From IMG/VR virus record IMGVR_UViG_3300022200_000061, positions 1-54,158 of that record: DNA of 54,158 nucleotides. One strand, written 5' to 3'. Below, in pieces: positions 8,588-19,117 of the stretch. The DNA is from a virus (taxonomy: Duplodnaviria; Caudoviricetes). The translations under genes were made by a program, and so were the position numbers. Under the pieces are notes generated by a model. It ran no database searches, was not told the DNA's origin, and worked only from the letters and a program-made list of their open reading frames with translations. Numbering within the stretch: the first letter of the stretch is position 1; each line of letters opens with the position of its first letter.

Positions 8588-10908
8588 TACACATTCTGTG
8601 ACATATCAAAGAGCATCGACCAACCGTATAGGTGGAAATCTCGCTCTGGCTCTGATCGGAACTTAAGACTAAGCACCTTGCCACTGCCTCTCAACTTGTT
8701 TTTGGTAACAACTGTTTCAAACCCGTTGTCGAAATCGTCATCTGATCCTGTTGGGATATATAGACGCCGATACCGATATGCCTGAAACTCTCTGCCCCAT
8801 TTACCAGATGAGGTGCTATTAGACCAATCCCACCTAGCCTGTACCAAGATAGATGACCGACCCACAGGGATAAGATCATCTCCATCTTCCTGATAACCAC
8901 TCTCCGTGCGTTTGGAGTGAATGGTGATATAAGGAACTTGTTTTTCTCGTTGGAAGTCTGTGCCTGACAGGTAGCTGGTAACTACATGAGCGTCAGCATC
9001 AACACCAACCCCATCAACTGAGAACCAATCCTTGAAGTCTGTGTTACGGTAGATTGCAAACGTATATTCCACCACAGGCGAAACACTTGTCACTACAACA
9101 TAACCAATTTCTCGCTGAGCAATGCCCTCTTTAGTATTAACAGTGAGGACAACAGGGTCAGTGCCAACGACAACATCGTCAAGACCTGCAACCAAGTTAA
9201 CCTCGCTACCAACAACTTGATATGGCAATGCAACAAAGATTGTGGCGGCACGTGGGAAGACTTCCCCATCCAATTGCTTGATAGTGTTTGTGTAGTATGC
9301 CTGAAGCTGGAGGTCTAGGACCAACTCTTTTGTAGGCTCATCGTCTGCAGTACGGTTGTAGTACAGCCACCGAACCTTACGCTCGTAGCCATCATACTCA
9401 CCCTTGGCTGCTCGTTTGTCCTCAATATTAATACTGTCGTACAACTTTTGAATACGACCAAATGTAATATTATTGGCAACAAGCCCACCAAACTGATCTG
9501 GAGCTACGTGATAGATTGCATCATCACCCCAGTACATAAAGGTGTTGTCGATTACAGCGATAGAGTCTTTAGCAGTACAGCCTCGGTCACTAATCTTTTC
9601 CACAATATAGTTCGTGGCAGTGAAGCCTTTGTCAGTACCACCAACGATACGCCAGACGCCATTAGCTGCAACAACAATAAGGGCAGAGCCCAGATTGATG
9701 AGACGCTTGATGCCGTAGGCTTCATTGATACGAATAAATCCACCATCCGTATCCACGATGTCAGGGTTGTTTTTGGACGTAGGATCGCCCTCTTGATAAC
9801 AAAGGTTCAGGTCAGCGGTGCTATCCACAACCTTACTAAACAACACATAAGAGGACATCTTTGGGGAGTGCCTGTCTCCATCAATAACGTCACCGGGGAA
9901 ACCACTGTAGAACACACGACCTGCAAATTCTGTAATTGTTGACGCTCCACCGGGAGTCTCATCACTTGGCAACGTGTCAACAGGGAGAGAAGTCAGTTCA
10001 GAATAACGGGCTCGGTTAGCTGCTTCTTCTGTATTACGGCTACTACCACGATCAAGAGCATCAATAATAAAATACCCTTGAGCAGCTCTTGTTGTACCCA
10101 ATGGGTTACTGACCAAGTTCGCTGCAAAGAATCTTTCAACAGTACGGTTGTCACTATCCCCAGCATCTGGGTACAGGGCTTCTGTGATAGTATCTGAGTT
10201 AGCCGGATAAAGACCGGTGGACTGCTCAAAGAAATACAGTACAGGATCACCCATATCCTCAGTGTTACCACTGACGCGGGGGATGCCCCAAGACTGGTTT
10301 CTCAGATTGTACAGATGAGCGTCATCCAAAGTTATTGGGCGGTTCTGCACATCAGAGCCACGAGTAATATCAACACCATCGAAAACATCAGCGATGCCAA
10401 AGAAGTCCCGAACGAGTAGCCGAGAAGTGGTTACTGTGATTCCGTCTGGGGCAGTGTATTCCAGAGAATAAATCTCTTTTTCACCAGTGGACACAACCAG
10501 AATACCGTCAACCACTGTGAAAGAAAAGATAAAATCAGTAGGCGCTGTTATAAGCAACTCGGTGTGGAAAAGTCCCTTAGACACTGAAGAGGCGTTGAGG
10601 TCAAAGAACTTCAACTCATTGCCGACCTGCACAACCTCTACAGATTTTTCAGGGTCACCACCAGCGTTGTCCCAACGATAGGATGAGATGCCCACCTTAG
10701 TGTCACCGGCATCTTCGATTGTGGTAGTGATGATGTCGTAATCACTCTCATAGTCCATTCCAAGACGACGAGAACGAGAGCCGTCAATGTTCAGCACCAT
10801 GTTATCCTCTTCAAGAGAGGAGTTATCTGGTGTTGTTAGCGGACTCGCATCTGTGATGAGGCCAGCATTAAACTTGTTTACTTCTACGGCTGATACGCTT
10901 CTTGCCAA
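8587..10908 (-). CDS. Tail tubular protein B / nozzle
   Basis: 773-aa beta-rich protein, N-terminal FNAGLITDASPL, follows adaptor gene; TTG start. Confidence 0.8.
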   Translation of the reverse strand: MARSVSAVEVNKFNAGLITDASPLTTPDNSSLEEDNMVLNIDGSRSRRLGMDYESDYDIITTTIEDAGDTKVGISSYRWDNAGGDPEKSVEVVQVGNELKFFDLNASSVSKGLFHTELLITAPTDFIFSFTVVDGILVVSTGEKEIYSLEYTAPDGITVTTSRLLVRDFFGIADVFDGVDITRGSDVQNRPITLDDAHLYNLRNQSWGIPRVSGNTEDMGDPVLYFFEQSTGLYPANSDTITEALYPDAGDSDNRTVERFFAANLVSNPLGTTRAAQGYFIIDALDRGSSRNTEEAANRARYSELTSLPVDTLPSDETPGGASTITEFAGRVFYSGFPGDVIDGDRHSPKMSSYVLFSKVVDSTADLNLCYQEGDPTSKNNPDIVDTDGGFIRINEAYGIKRLINLGSALIVVAANGVWRIVGGTDKGFTATNYIVEKISDRGCTAKDSIAVIDNTFMYWGDDAIYHVAPDQFGGLVANNITFGRIQKLYDSINIEDKRAAKGEYDGYERKVRWLYYNRTADDEPTKELVLDLQLQAYYTNTIKQLDGEVFPRAATIFVALPYQVVGSEVNLVAGLDDVVVGTDPVVLTVNTKEGIAQREIGYVVVTSVSPVVEYTFAIYRNTDFKDWFSVDGVGVDADAHVVTSYLSGTDFQREKQVPYITIHSKRTESGYQEDGDDLIPVGRSSILVQARWDWSNSTSSGKWGREFQAYRYRRLYIPTGSDDDFDNGFETVVTKNKLRGSGKVLSLKFRSEPERDFHLYGWSMLFDMSQNV

Positions 10909-11101
10909 TTGCTGGTTCCTCCTCTACACTTTCCACCTCGGTGGGCTTGGTTAACTCATAGGCGTCAATAACTTTTTTGGCAATACCCTCTGAAGTGAAC
11001 CGCCCTCTAAGAGACAAATGGACACTACCACGGCCAATAGGCTCGATCCGCTTCGACATAAATTCAGGATCGTTAACAATATTATAGCCTTTGTATTCCA
11101 T
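10868..11101 (-). CDS. Hypothetical protein
   Basis: ORF tightly coupled to neighbours in the structural operon. Confidence 0.6.
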   Translation of the reverse strand: MEYKGYNIVNDPEFMSKRIEPIGRGSVHLSLRGRFTSEGIAKKVIDAYELTKPTEVESVEEEPAIGKKRISRRSKQV

Positions 11102-11889
11102 TAGTTATTCCTAAAAGTTGGGTCCCGATATCGTCCACGACGGCCACGACCATAGTTATTTGGATAGATATCCTTCTCATGAACCTTCCAAGCCTTTTGT
11201 GAAAGCCAGCGGTTCTGACGACCTGCCTCTTGCTCTGCCTTAACATCCTGCATTTGCTTGAGCTTAAACATAGCTTTGCTCTTAGCCTCTTCAATGAGAG
11301 CAGAGAATGCTTCATCAGGAAGGTCAGGAACAAATTCGTTAGTCAGTTCAAATGGAGGGATACTGTATGCACGAGCTTGAGTTTTGTTAGACTGGATAGT
11401 AGTATCCACCAACATGTCATAAGAGTCAAACACCATAGTGTTGTCATCAAACGATGTGTAATACTCTGGAGCCTTGTTCTTCATCAAAATCAGCTTAACC
11501 CCGGTAGGGTCATTGATTACTGAAGCATTGGCTGAGTCACTATTACGAGCATTGGTGTATCGCAGAAAGTCATCTGGGTCAAGGTACTTTAGCTGACGGT
11601 ACTGGAGACGCGTCTCGCCGACCTTACGTACGTCATAGAATACAGACACCAATTCTTTCACATTGTCAGGCATAGTCATGTGGGTTGGAAGCGTGTTGTC
11701 AGCAGGAGCTGTCAAGTTCAACATACCCAGCGTATGTGGCCAATTCCTATTAGACATCATAGCCTGATAGGTGGTCTTAACGATCTGGGCTACCTGTGCA
11801 GCTTCATCAGTATCATTAATGTCGCTGACAAAATCACTATCCATGTCATTAAGGATATCAGATACAATCTCTAGTAGGTTATATTTCAC
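11101..11889 (-). CDS. Tail tubular protein A / head-tail adaptor
   Basis: N-terminal LLEIVSDILNDMDSDFVSDINDTDEAAQVAQIV typical of gp11-like adaptors; synteny. Confidence 0.75.
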   Translation of the reverse strand: MKYNLLEIVSDILNDMDSDFVSDINDTDEAAQVAQIVKTTYQAMMSNRNWPHTLGMLNLTAPADNTLPTHMTMPDNVKELVSVFYDVRKVGETRLQYRQLKYLDPDDFLRYTNARNSDSANASVINDPTGVKLILMKNKAPEYYTSFDDNTMVFDSYDMLVDTTIQSNKTQARAYSIPPFELTNEFVPDLPDEAFSALIEEAKSKAMFKLKQMQDVKAEQEAGRQNRWLSQKAWKVHEKDIYPNNYGRGRRGRYRDPTFRNN

Positions 11890-12494
11890 AGCGTATCTCC
11901 CGGCTTAATAACCCGGACATACCAGCCGTTGATAACAACAGTAGAGCCTGTGGCATCAGCCCGAACACGAAGACGTGCTGGGTTGCCTTGTGTTAGTGCG
12001 CTGCCAAGGAATGTACCAAAGGTTGTAGTGATTTGATATGTAGCGGCAACTTTAAAGTTGCGGGTGAATATAGGGATGGTGATTGGGGAGCCTGAGCCAG
12101 TAGCCAGCTCCAAAACCAAATCCACACCGGTATTACTTGCCCCCGTAGTGACAACCAAATCCACTCGGATGTCAAGAGTATCCCCCACTTCAAGATCAGT
12201 GAAATCAAATCGGTTGGTACTAGTATTCCAAACATCATCCACACCGGGCAGCTTTTGGAAACTGTAGGTGTTAGGACCAGCCCCGTCATTAATCAGGTCG
12301 TAGTAGGTAGCAGCAGCAGTGATGGCTACTGAGGCACCATCGTGATCGTAGTTATACCAACCCATCATCATGGGGGCACGAAATGATGTAGTGGTATCGC
12401 CATCAGAGCTTAGTACATGATTGATTGTGGCGGTACTAGCGCCCTTCGGTTCATGTCGTTCAGCGTCCGACACATTCTTATGTTGAATAGCCAT
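11886..12494 (-). CDS. Virion fibre / structural protein
   Basis: N-terminal QHKNVSDAERHEPKGASTA then beta-rich domain; between capsid and adaptor genes. Confidence 0.55.
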   Translation of the reverse strand: MAIQHKNVSDAERHEPKGASTATINHVLSSDGDTTTSFRAPMMMGWYNYDHDGASVAITAAATYYDLINDGAGPNTYSFQKLPGVDDVWNTSTNRFDFTDLEVGDTLDIRVDLVVTTGASNTGVDLVLELATGSGSPITIPIFTRNFKVAATYQITTTFGTFLGSALTQGNPARLRVRADATGSTVVINGWYVRVIKPGDTL

Positions 12495-12508
12495 CTATTC
12501 CTCCTTAT

Positions 12509-12547
12509 AAAAGAAAAGGGGCAAGCGGCATATAGCCACTGCCCCTT
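12509..12547 (-). terminator. Rho-independent terminator after capsid genes
   Basis: Stem AAGGGGCA/TGCCCCTT with U-rich tail on the minus strand. Confidence 0.8.
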
Positions 12548-12561
12548 GATAATTCGGAAGA

Positions 12562-13089
12562 TTAGCTTGCGAGAGCAGGCGACACCGAACGATTAACCCG
12601 ATCAAACAGGATAGTAATTCGAGCCTTACCGGCATCAGTAACAGCAGGCGTAGTACCCGAGAGGGCAAAGCCAATCACTGTATTAGCTGCAAGAGGTACT
12701 TCAGCATCCCACGTACCCGAGAGGGCAGAGGTAAGATTGACCGAAGCGGTAGCCTCAAGCTGGGCTTCCGTAATAGTAAAGCCGTTGGTTGCTTCAGAAC
12801 CATTCGTACCGACTTCAAGAGCGGGCGTGGTGCCAGTGACTACGAAAGCCTCTTCAACATCCAGATATACCGACTTGACCACTGCACCAGCAGGGAGTAC
12901 GAAAGGCACAAGGCCATCAGGTAGGTCATTAAATCGCTCGCCAGTGAAATCAATCACAAGCTGTTCACTAATGCCTTCGACCTTATTTACACCAATGGTG
13001 CCGCCGACTTCTCGGGGGCCAAAGTTGTTATGCACGTTGGAGACGGTGTTCGTGACACCATCACCGAAAGGGGTTACGTAAGTAGCCAT
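12562..13089 (-). CDS. Capsid-associated (decoration/minor) structural protein
   Basis: Directly after major capsid gene, same codon bias, before terminator. Confidence 0.6.
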   Translation of the reverse strand: MATYVTPFGDGVTNTVSNVHNNFGPREVGGTIGVNKVEGISEQLVIDFTGERFNDLPDGLVPFVLPAGAVVKSVYLDVEEAFVVTGTTPALEVGTNGSEATNGFTITEAQLEATASVNLTSALSGTWDAEVPLAANTVIGFALSGTTPAVTDAGKARITILFDRVNRSVSPALAS

Positions 13090-13102
13090 GTTCTATTCTC
13101 CT

Positions 13103-14050
13103 TTAAGCTGCGACGCGGTTGGTACGGTGAGTAGCCAGAACGCCAACAGTGTCAAGGCGCTGGATACCCAGACCATAACGGGAGCGAACAACAAATTCAT
13201 CACGAGCCCGATCCTTGTTACGCTCGCCTTCGGCCTTGGGGGCACGACGGAGGGCATACATGATAGGCTTGGTCTGATCATCTGCGACACACATGAACAG
13301 GTTCCAGACAGCATCAGTAATGGACGTAGTGCCATCATTAGCCGTGCCGGTGTACAGGCGGTTCGAGGTAATCACGTTCCAACCATAAATCTGGGTGGTA
13401 AAGCGCTGACCACGTGCGAGGCCCATCTCAAGGATTTCCTTCGGCCATGCCGTGATATCCGAGGTGAGGGTTACGAGGCCGGACAGGGTAGCTTCTACGA
13501 TTGGATCAACAATCGCTACTCGACCTTCAGCGGGTACGTTAGCCTTGTCGAAGGCCAGACGGAACGCGAGGAAGTGATCGAGGGTGGCAACACCATTACC
13601 ATCAGCCGACACAACCTTATGGGCAAAGCCATTCACATTGTATGGGTCAGAGGCAGACATAGCCAGAGGGGCGGTTTCTAGGAAACGCGTCTCAAAGTTT
13701 TCCTGAAAGGCACGGGTCGATTCAGAGCCACGCTGAGCCATGAGCATGTCGATGTTCGTGCCGTCTTCACGGAGGTCATCGGTCACATACCAAGCATCAC
13801 CAACGTAGTCGGTGAGTCGCATCGTGATTTCACCAGTTTCAATTGGATTGTAGACCAGTGGAGTGTCTTCGGCAGCTTCCTGAAGGGTCACAGTACCGAC
13901 GGTCTTAATATGGAGGGTATCACCCGAACCAAAGTCAGAAACGTTACGATAGAAGGACTCGGGCAGGAGGCCATCGTGGAGATTCAGAAGGATGAACGAA
14001 GAATACTGTTCGGCTTCAATAAAAGCCCGAGTATTGGTAGTCAGTTGCAT
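13103..14050 (-). CDS. Major capsid protein
   Basis: 315 aa after scaffold; GDTLHIKTVG, LAFDKANVPAEGRVAIVDP, RYGLG motifs typical of podovirus HK97-fold capsid proteins. Confidence 0.88.
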   Translation of the reverse strand: MQLTTNTRAFIEAEQYSSFILLNLHDGLLPESFYRNVSDFGSGDTLHIKTVGTVTLQEAAEDTPLVYNPIETGEITMRLTDYVGDAWYVTDDLREDGTNIDMLMAQRGSESTRAFQENFETRFLETAPLAMSASDPYNVNGFAHKVVSADGNGVATLDHFLAFRLAFDKANVPAEGRVAIVDPIVEATLSGLVTLTSDITAWPKEILEMGLARGQRFTTQIYGWNVITSNRLYTGTANDGTTSITDAVWNLFMCVADDQTKPIMYALRRAPKAEGERNKDRARDEFVVRSRYGLGIQRLDTVGVLATHRTNRVAA

Positions 14051-14060
14051 TTTCTATTCC

Positions 14061-14819
14061 TTATGTAGAAATGCCATGCTTCTTGTAAACGTTAGCACGA
14101 ATCTTCGCCATGATGTCAGCACGATTGCGGTCTGTAGCCGCTGGTCCAGAAAGCAAGCTTTTCTCAGGACGTTGGATTTCATCATCGGGTGCTGGCTTGT
14201 AGCCTAGATTCAGTGTGCCGGAGTTAACCGAAGGAGTGGCACTTGGCGTATTGCCAAAAAGTTCAAGGACCATCTTAGGGTCCGTAGCTGATAGTTCTTT
14301 AAGCTTGGCATTCGTAGTACCGAGGGATTTCACTTTAGCAGCGATCATCTCCACGGCCTTAGCCTCACCATACTTCTTAACGAGTGTATCTTGAACAAGC
14401 TTAACGTTGTTCACTGCCGTAGTCACCTGATCGCGTTCAGCGAGACTTTGGTTCAGTAGACGCTTAACTAGTTCTTCAGCCGCTTCTGGACTCTGGCCAC
14501 CATTGGCAGGGGGTGTACCTGCCGGTTTTTCTTCGTTCATTTTATTACTCTCCAAACGCGTAAGTGTTTCTTTAAGCGTCTCAGCTTCAGCGGCCTTAGC
14601 GGCCAGCTCTGCTTTTTCACGCTCAATCTTGCTGATATGTTCCTGTGATGCCTTCAACGCATCAAGGGCAGCTTCAACACTTTCGTACTTGGGAGTGCCA
14701 TCTTCACGCTGGATACCACCGAGTTTCTCAACCCAGATATCAAGCTGTGGGACTGGCGCAGCTCCATTTTCGATAGTAGGGGTGTTACCATCGTTATTCT
14801 TATCTTCAAAGACATCCAT
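14061..14819 (-). CDS. Capsid scaffolding protein
   Basis: KYESVEAALDALKASQEHISKIE coiled coil; directly upstream of capsid gene. Confidence 0.8.
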   Translation of the reverse strand: MDVFEDKNNDGNTPTIENGAAPVPQLDIWVEKLGGIQREDGTPKYESVEAALDALKASQEHISKIEREKAELAAKAAEAETLKETLTRLESNKMNEEKPAGTPPANGGQSPEAAEELVKRLLNQSLAERDQVTTAVNNVKLVQDTLVKKYGEAKAVEMIAAKVKSLGTTNAKLKELSATDPKMVLELFGNTPSATPSVNSGTLNLGYKPAPDDEIQRPEKSLLSGPAATDRNRADIMAKIRANVYKKHGIST

Positions 14820-14936
14820 GGGTATAGATGATCCTTTCTGTATACTAATAGCTATTACTATAACCTTAAGCTTACTTATCTTAATTAATATGGGTATATT
14901 AAATTGTAGTAAATACTTAAGAGGTTTATATCTATA

Positions 14937-14964
14937 TATACCGCCTATCGGCCCTGTTTGTGAG
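14937..14964 (-). promoter_or_regulatory. Putative phage-sigma late promoter for scaffold/capsid operon
   Basis: CTCACAAACA-N12-GGTATA; one of four exact copies. Confidence 0.75.
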
Positions 14965-14979
14965 AGACGGTGTTAAATT

Positions 14980-15219
14980 TTATTCGATAAGAGAGATAAT
15001 TTCTGCGAGTGCGCGTTCATATCCAATCGAATCAGCAACGTAATTAGCCCAATTAGGCTTATCGTAGTTAGCATCTTTACGAACTCCTACTCGTTTGGTT
15101 TCAATCTTATCCTCAAGAATCTTCTTCATGCGCTTACGTAGAAGATGGGAGGACGTAAAGTCCCCCTTCATCTCTAGCGTGGCGTCTGGCTCTAGGCCAT
15201 CAACCCAAATTGATTTCAT
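14980..15219 (-). CDS. Hypothetical protein
   Basis: ORF with RBS after portal gene. Confidence 0.7.
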   Translation of the reverse strand: MKSIWVDGLEPDATLEMKGDFTSSHLLRKRMKKILEDKIETKRVGVRKDANYDKPNWANYVADSIGYERALAEIISLIE

Positions 15220-15228
15220 TACTATTCC

Positions 15229-16998
15229 TTAGAGGTCAGTTGGAATTGATTCAGGATCGGCTGGCGTTTGCTGCTGTACTTCCATATCCTCGGAAGCCTG
15301 GTCCATCAGTGAAGCAGTTTCCTGCTGTTCAGCCACTGCAACGTTCGGACGGAAGATATCGTAACCACGCATGTTCGTAGTATCCTTGATAAACTCCGTA
15401 AGAGCGATAGCGGACGTGTGTGGCATGACTTGCTGCCAGATGGGGGTCTGACTAAGGCCAATGATGTTTTGCAGCTCAGTGGCTTGCTGTGCGAAGTGAC
15501 GGGCACCTACAGGACGGATAACACCGCTTGCAGTAATGTCTTCCTTCGTGATCTCAAAGAACTTCTGACTACCAAGTGCTGTGTCAAGTACACGAACAGT
15601 CTCGACAGCATCAAAGTTACGACGAGCAGCTTCAAGCATACCGTTCAGTGCGGGCTCAAGGAACTCAAGCTCAAAGTTCGTGATCTTCTCTTGGAAGATA
15701 CGAGCAGAGGCATTATCCAGAAGCTGTACCTCAAAGGCGGTCTTCTCACCGGGACTACGGACACCCATTGCTTCACGCGGAGCGCCAGCAAAGAGTTCCA
15801 TCTGATCCATGATTGCCTGAATCTCATTGTTGGCAACGATGATGGAGTTGAGGTTCTGACCAAGCTCCTGAACGTCACCGTTCTCATCAATATGGATAGG
15901 GACACCCGGACCCCAAGTAAACTGCTCAACCTCACCAATGATCTTCAGAGGCGGGTGAATAGTCAGGTCCATAGCGTCGGCCTTCAGGTTCTCAAGGTGG
16001 TCAATGCGATACTGCATGCCAACAAGATTGTCCAGCGGACCCATTGCCCAGAGGTTATCTGGACGGAAGCGCCAACCAACGTGGAAGATGGGGGCTGTGC
16101 CACCATACGTAGGCATCTCAACATTACGAAGCTCAACAGAGCGGTCAGCAATAGTGATCAGCCGGTTGGTCTGCAGTTCGCCTGTGTCAGCGTTATGAGA
16201 GTCGCCATAGAACTCAAGAAGCTCAACATACTCGCCCATATAGTATTCGTACAGACTGCCGAAGCCATCTACCTGATACTGAGAGGCTGTGTTGAAATCC
16301 TCGCGCTTATAGCCACCAACCAGTTTACGCACAGCGTCACGATGCTCAAGCACCTTATTCAGATACGCATCATCAGGGTTGGTCATAGCTCGCTTCTTCA
16401 GCTCACCAAGAGTGGTGGTGGAGCGTACGATCTTAAACGTATCCTTAAACGACGTTGCAAGGGGGTTGAAGACGATGTTCTCTGGGGAGATGCGCATAAG
16501 CCGGGGGCCAATGTAAACAGGCGTCTGATCCCCTGTCTCGTCAGTGAACACTCGGTTCTCATAAACCACAGTACCAAAGGCATTGCCATAGTCGATGTAG
16601 TCATAGAGAAGCTTGCTTACCTCAGTACGGAACTTACTCTCACGAGTCTTGTTTTCCATATAGGCGGTGATGTTACGAGACTTCTCTTTCTTAGCAGCAT
16701 CCTTGGTGTATGCTTGCCAAGACAACCACTTATCATTCGGGAATGCCGAGGTGAGATAGTTGGAGTGGAGGTTATCACGAATCTGTGTTAGCTTTGGCAG
16801 CGTAGTGCTGTTCTTCCAAGGCAATGTCTGATTACTAGTGCTACTAGTATCGGTGGCAAACAAGTACTGCTTAAGCTCCAACCATTCTGCCATCTTGTTA
16901 GATCGCTGGTTGTTGTACGTGTCCCACATATTAGAAATCCATCCAGCCGAGGGCTGTGGAGCAAGCACGGCTTGAATTTCTGCTACTGCGTCTGACAT
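15229..16998 (-). CDS. Portal protein
   Basis: 589 aa after large terminase; PWKNSTTLPKLTQIRDNLHSNY and GWRFRPDNLWAMGPLDNLVGMQYRIDHLEN motifs. Confidence 0.88.
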   Translation of the reverse strand: MSDAVAEIQAVLAPQPSAGWISNMWDTYNNQRSNKMAEWLELKQYLFATDTSSTSNQTLPWKNSTTLPKLTQIRDNLHSNYLTSAFPNDKWLSWQAYTKDAAKKEKSRNITAYMENKTRESKFRTEVSKLLYDYIDYGNAFGTVVYENRVFTDETGDQTPVYIGPRLMRISPENIVFNPLATSFKDTFKIVRSTTTLGELKKRAMTNPDDAYLNKVLEHRDAVRKLVGGYKREDFNTASQYQVDGFGSLYEYYMGEYVELLEFYGDSHNADTGELQTNRLITIADRSVELRNVEMPTYGGTAPIFHVGWRFRPDNLWAMGPLDNLVGMQYRIDHLENLKADAMDLTIHPPLKIIGEVEQFTWGPGVPIHIDENGDVQELGQNLNSIIVANNEIQAIMDQMELFAGAPREAMGVRSPGEKTAFEVQLLDNASARIFQEKITNFELEFLEPALNGMLEAARRNFDAVETVRVLDTALGSQKFFEITKEDITASGVIRPVGARHFAQQATELQNIIGLSQTPIWQQVMPHTSAIALTEFIKDTTNMRGYDIFRPNVAVAEQQETASLMDQASEDMEVQQQTPADPESIPTDL

Positions 16999-17007
16999 AT
17001 TATTCCT

Positions 17008-18612
17008 TTATCTAAATGCTACGCCGCCGAAGCGGGATTGCTTGGGGCCACTAAGCAAGAAGTCGGCAACTGCCGCCCCTGAGTTCCTCTGTGGCTTTAC
17101 GGCTATACTGACGGCTGATGCTAGGGCATCCTTCACGTCATCATGAGATGGACGGGCCTGAACAAGCTCTTCTTCGAGAACTGGTGTCCAACCACCCTCA
17201 AAATGCCACATCTTGTCGTCGTCGTAGCGAGGCTCTAGGGCTGCAGCAATACGCTGTTCCTTCGTACCCTCTTGACGGGTTGGTCGGTATTCTACAATGG
17301 AGAGGGACATGCCCTTCCGTTTAACGTGGTCCTTGATCGCTTCCACAATGACAACCTGTGCCACCGTGACTTCGGCCTGAAGTTTCTGGAACTTCCATTT
17401 GGCATGAAGCGTTGCGATATGCTCGAAGTACTCGATAATCTTCTTCGTCTTGAAACGTTCGATGTCTAGGACATAGATGTTGGACTCAGAGTCGATACCA
17501 ATCACTACAATAGCTGTCCAGTCGGCTGCGCGGTTCAGAGAGAAGGCAAAGTCAACTGCAGCATAGATGTTAAGGCGATTGCCATTGTACCGCCAGCGAC
17601 CCCCTTCTAGGCGAAGGAAACGTGGATTGAAATACTGGAATTTGTTCCGATCAATTCGGTTGGAGCTACTGTCGTTTGGATTGTTGTAGTACTGTGCATA
17701 GAATTGTGTCTGATCACTGTACTCAGCCTTAATACGAGCCAGCGTACCACGGTCAAAGCCGAATGCCTTGTTATCCGAAGGACGTACCATACGTGGCCAC
17801 AAGAACAAACCATCCGTCTCAACAACGTATTCCTGAATTTCCCACACATTCTTCTTATCGAGCAGTAAGCCCTCGTCGTCATACACTTCGTATGACTGTT
17901 CCTTCCACAACGCGTAAACGTCATTCGGATGGTAGCGAGTGCCACAAGCTAGGGTGAAGCCACCGGGATTACGAATGGAAGTAAACTGTGAAGCTTTCTT
18001 CGACACGTTATCTCGGCCATCTTCTGTGTAGGCATTCTCAGGCACAACCAAGTCATCGCCCAGAATGATGTCAGCATGCCACCCAGTCGTGTTGGTAGTC
18101 AAACCAGCAGTGGAGATGGTGGCATCTCGGATACCCTGCTTACGACGCTCTACGTGGTCTACAGACATCTTCTTGACTGACCACTTCTCTCGCAGACCCT
18201 CCTGCGGGTTAATGTACTCAGGGTAGAACCGTTGGTACACTGTGGAGCCAAGGATATTCTGAATAGCAAAGAGCTGCGTTTCAGCTAGTTCCGCGGTAGC
18301 GGAAAGGTATAGCATTGTTACTTCAGGATGACGAGTGATGATCCAAGCTGCCCATGTAGCCACCATGTGGGACTTAAGATGTCCACGAGGAAGCATGATA
18401 AGCTTATTGCTAGTAAGGTCATTACTTCGACCAAACAGATTGTACTCCTGCATCCAACGGAAGATTTCACGATGAATCTCTCCATACATATAGCCGGGGT
18501 TCACTAGTTTGGCGAAGTAATACAAGTCTTCTTTGGCACGTTCACGGATATCCAAAGCTTGCTTCGGCATACGCTCAATCTGACTATAGGCGTCTACAAG
18601 CCATTGGTCCAT
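17008..18612 (-). CDS. terL: Terminase large subunit
   Basis: Walker A-like LPRGHLKS, Walker B ILGDD, GTRY, nuclease AVDFAFS...DWTA and HDDVKDA. Confidence 0.93.
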   Translation of the reverse strand: MDQWLVDAYSQIERMPKQALDIRERAKEDLYYFAKLVNPGYMYGEIHREIFRWMQEYNLFGRSNDLTSNKLIMLPRGHLKSHMVATWAAWIITRHPEVTMLYLSATAELAETQLFAIQNILGSTVYQRFYPEYINPQEGLREKWSVKKMSVDHVERRKQGIRDATISTAGLTTNTTGWHADIILGDDLVVPENAYTEDGRDNVSKKASQFTSIRNPGGFTLACGTRYHPNDVYALWKEQSYEVYDDEGLLLDKKNVWEIQEYVVETDGLFLWPRMVRPSDNKAFGFDRGTLARIKAEYSDQTQFYAQYYNNPNDSSSNRIDRNKFQYFNPRFLRLEGGRWRYNGNRLNIYAAVDFAFSLNRAADWTAIVVIGIDSESNIYVLDIERFKTKKIIEYFEHIATLHAKWKFQKLQAEVTVAQVVIVEAIKDHVKRKGMSLSIVEYRPTRQEGTKEQRIAAALEPRYDDDKMWHFEGGWTPVLEEELVQARPSHDDVKDALASAVSIAVKPQRNSGAAVADFLLSGPKQSRFGGVAFR

Positions 18613-19115
18613 TACACCACCTCATTCATACGGATAACATCTGCAGTGAGTTCTTCGTTGATCTTGTTGTCAATCCGATTCTCACGATCCTGCTGGGCCT
18701 TAGAAGGTCGGCCAGCACCACGCTTATCCCAACCACGATCAGCAAGCCACTTGGCTGCCTGAAAGTTGCTACCATCTGCAGTCATGTCTCGGATCGCCTG
18801 AATAGCGTCACAACGCATGACAACTTCCAACTCTTCACGCCACTCATCGAACTGCTCTCGGAGCATCTTGTTCTCGTTAAGGCGTTTCCAGTGGGACCAG
18901 TTAAGAAGGTACTTCTTAGCGAACTGGTACTCGGTGGGGTCTTCTGTCTCTAGGTAGAGCTTCTTGAGCGAGGGATACACTCGCCCATCATATGTCTTAT
19001 CCTCGTCATTGAAGGTGAATACAGCATACTGGACATTGTACCCACATTCTAGAAAGAGAGACTGCGTTAGCGGCCTCCCCATCGTATCCAATAGTTTTGT
19101 CTTATCAATTTTCAT
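18612..19115 (-). CDS. Probable terminase small subunit
   Basis: Coupled upstream of terL; basic C-terminal RGAGRPSK. Confidence 0.6.
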   Translation of the reverse strand: MKIDKTKLLDTMGRPLTQSLFLECGYNVQYAVFTFNDEDKTYDGRVYPSLKKLYLETEDPTEYQFAKKYLLNWSHWKRLNENKMLREQFDEWREELEVVMRCDAIQAIRDMTADGSNFQAAKWLADRGWDKRGAGRPSKAQQDRENRIDNKINEELTADVIRMNEVV

Positions 19116-19117
19116 AA

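Noticed and set aside
15418-16791. 457-aa plus-strand ORF
   Set aside because: Antisense shadow of the portal gene
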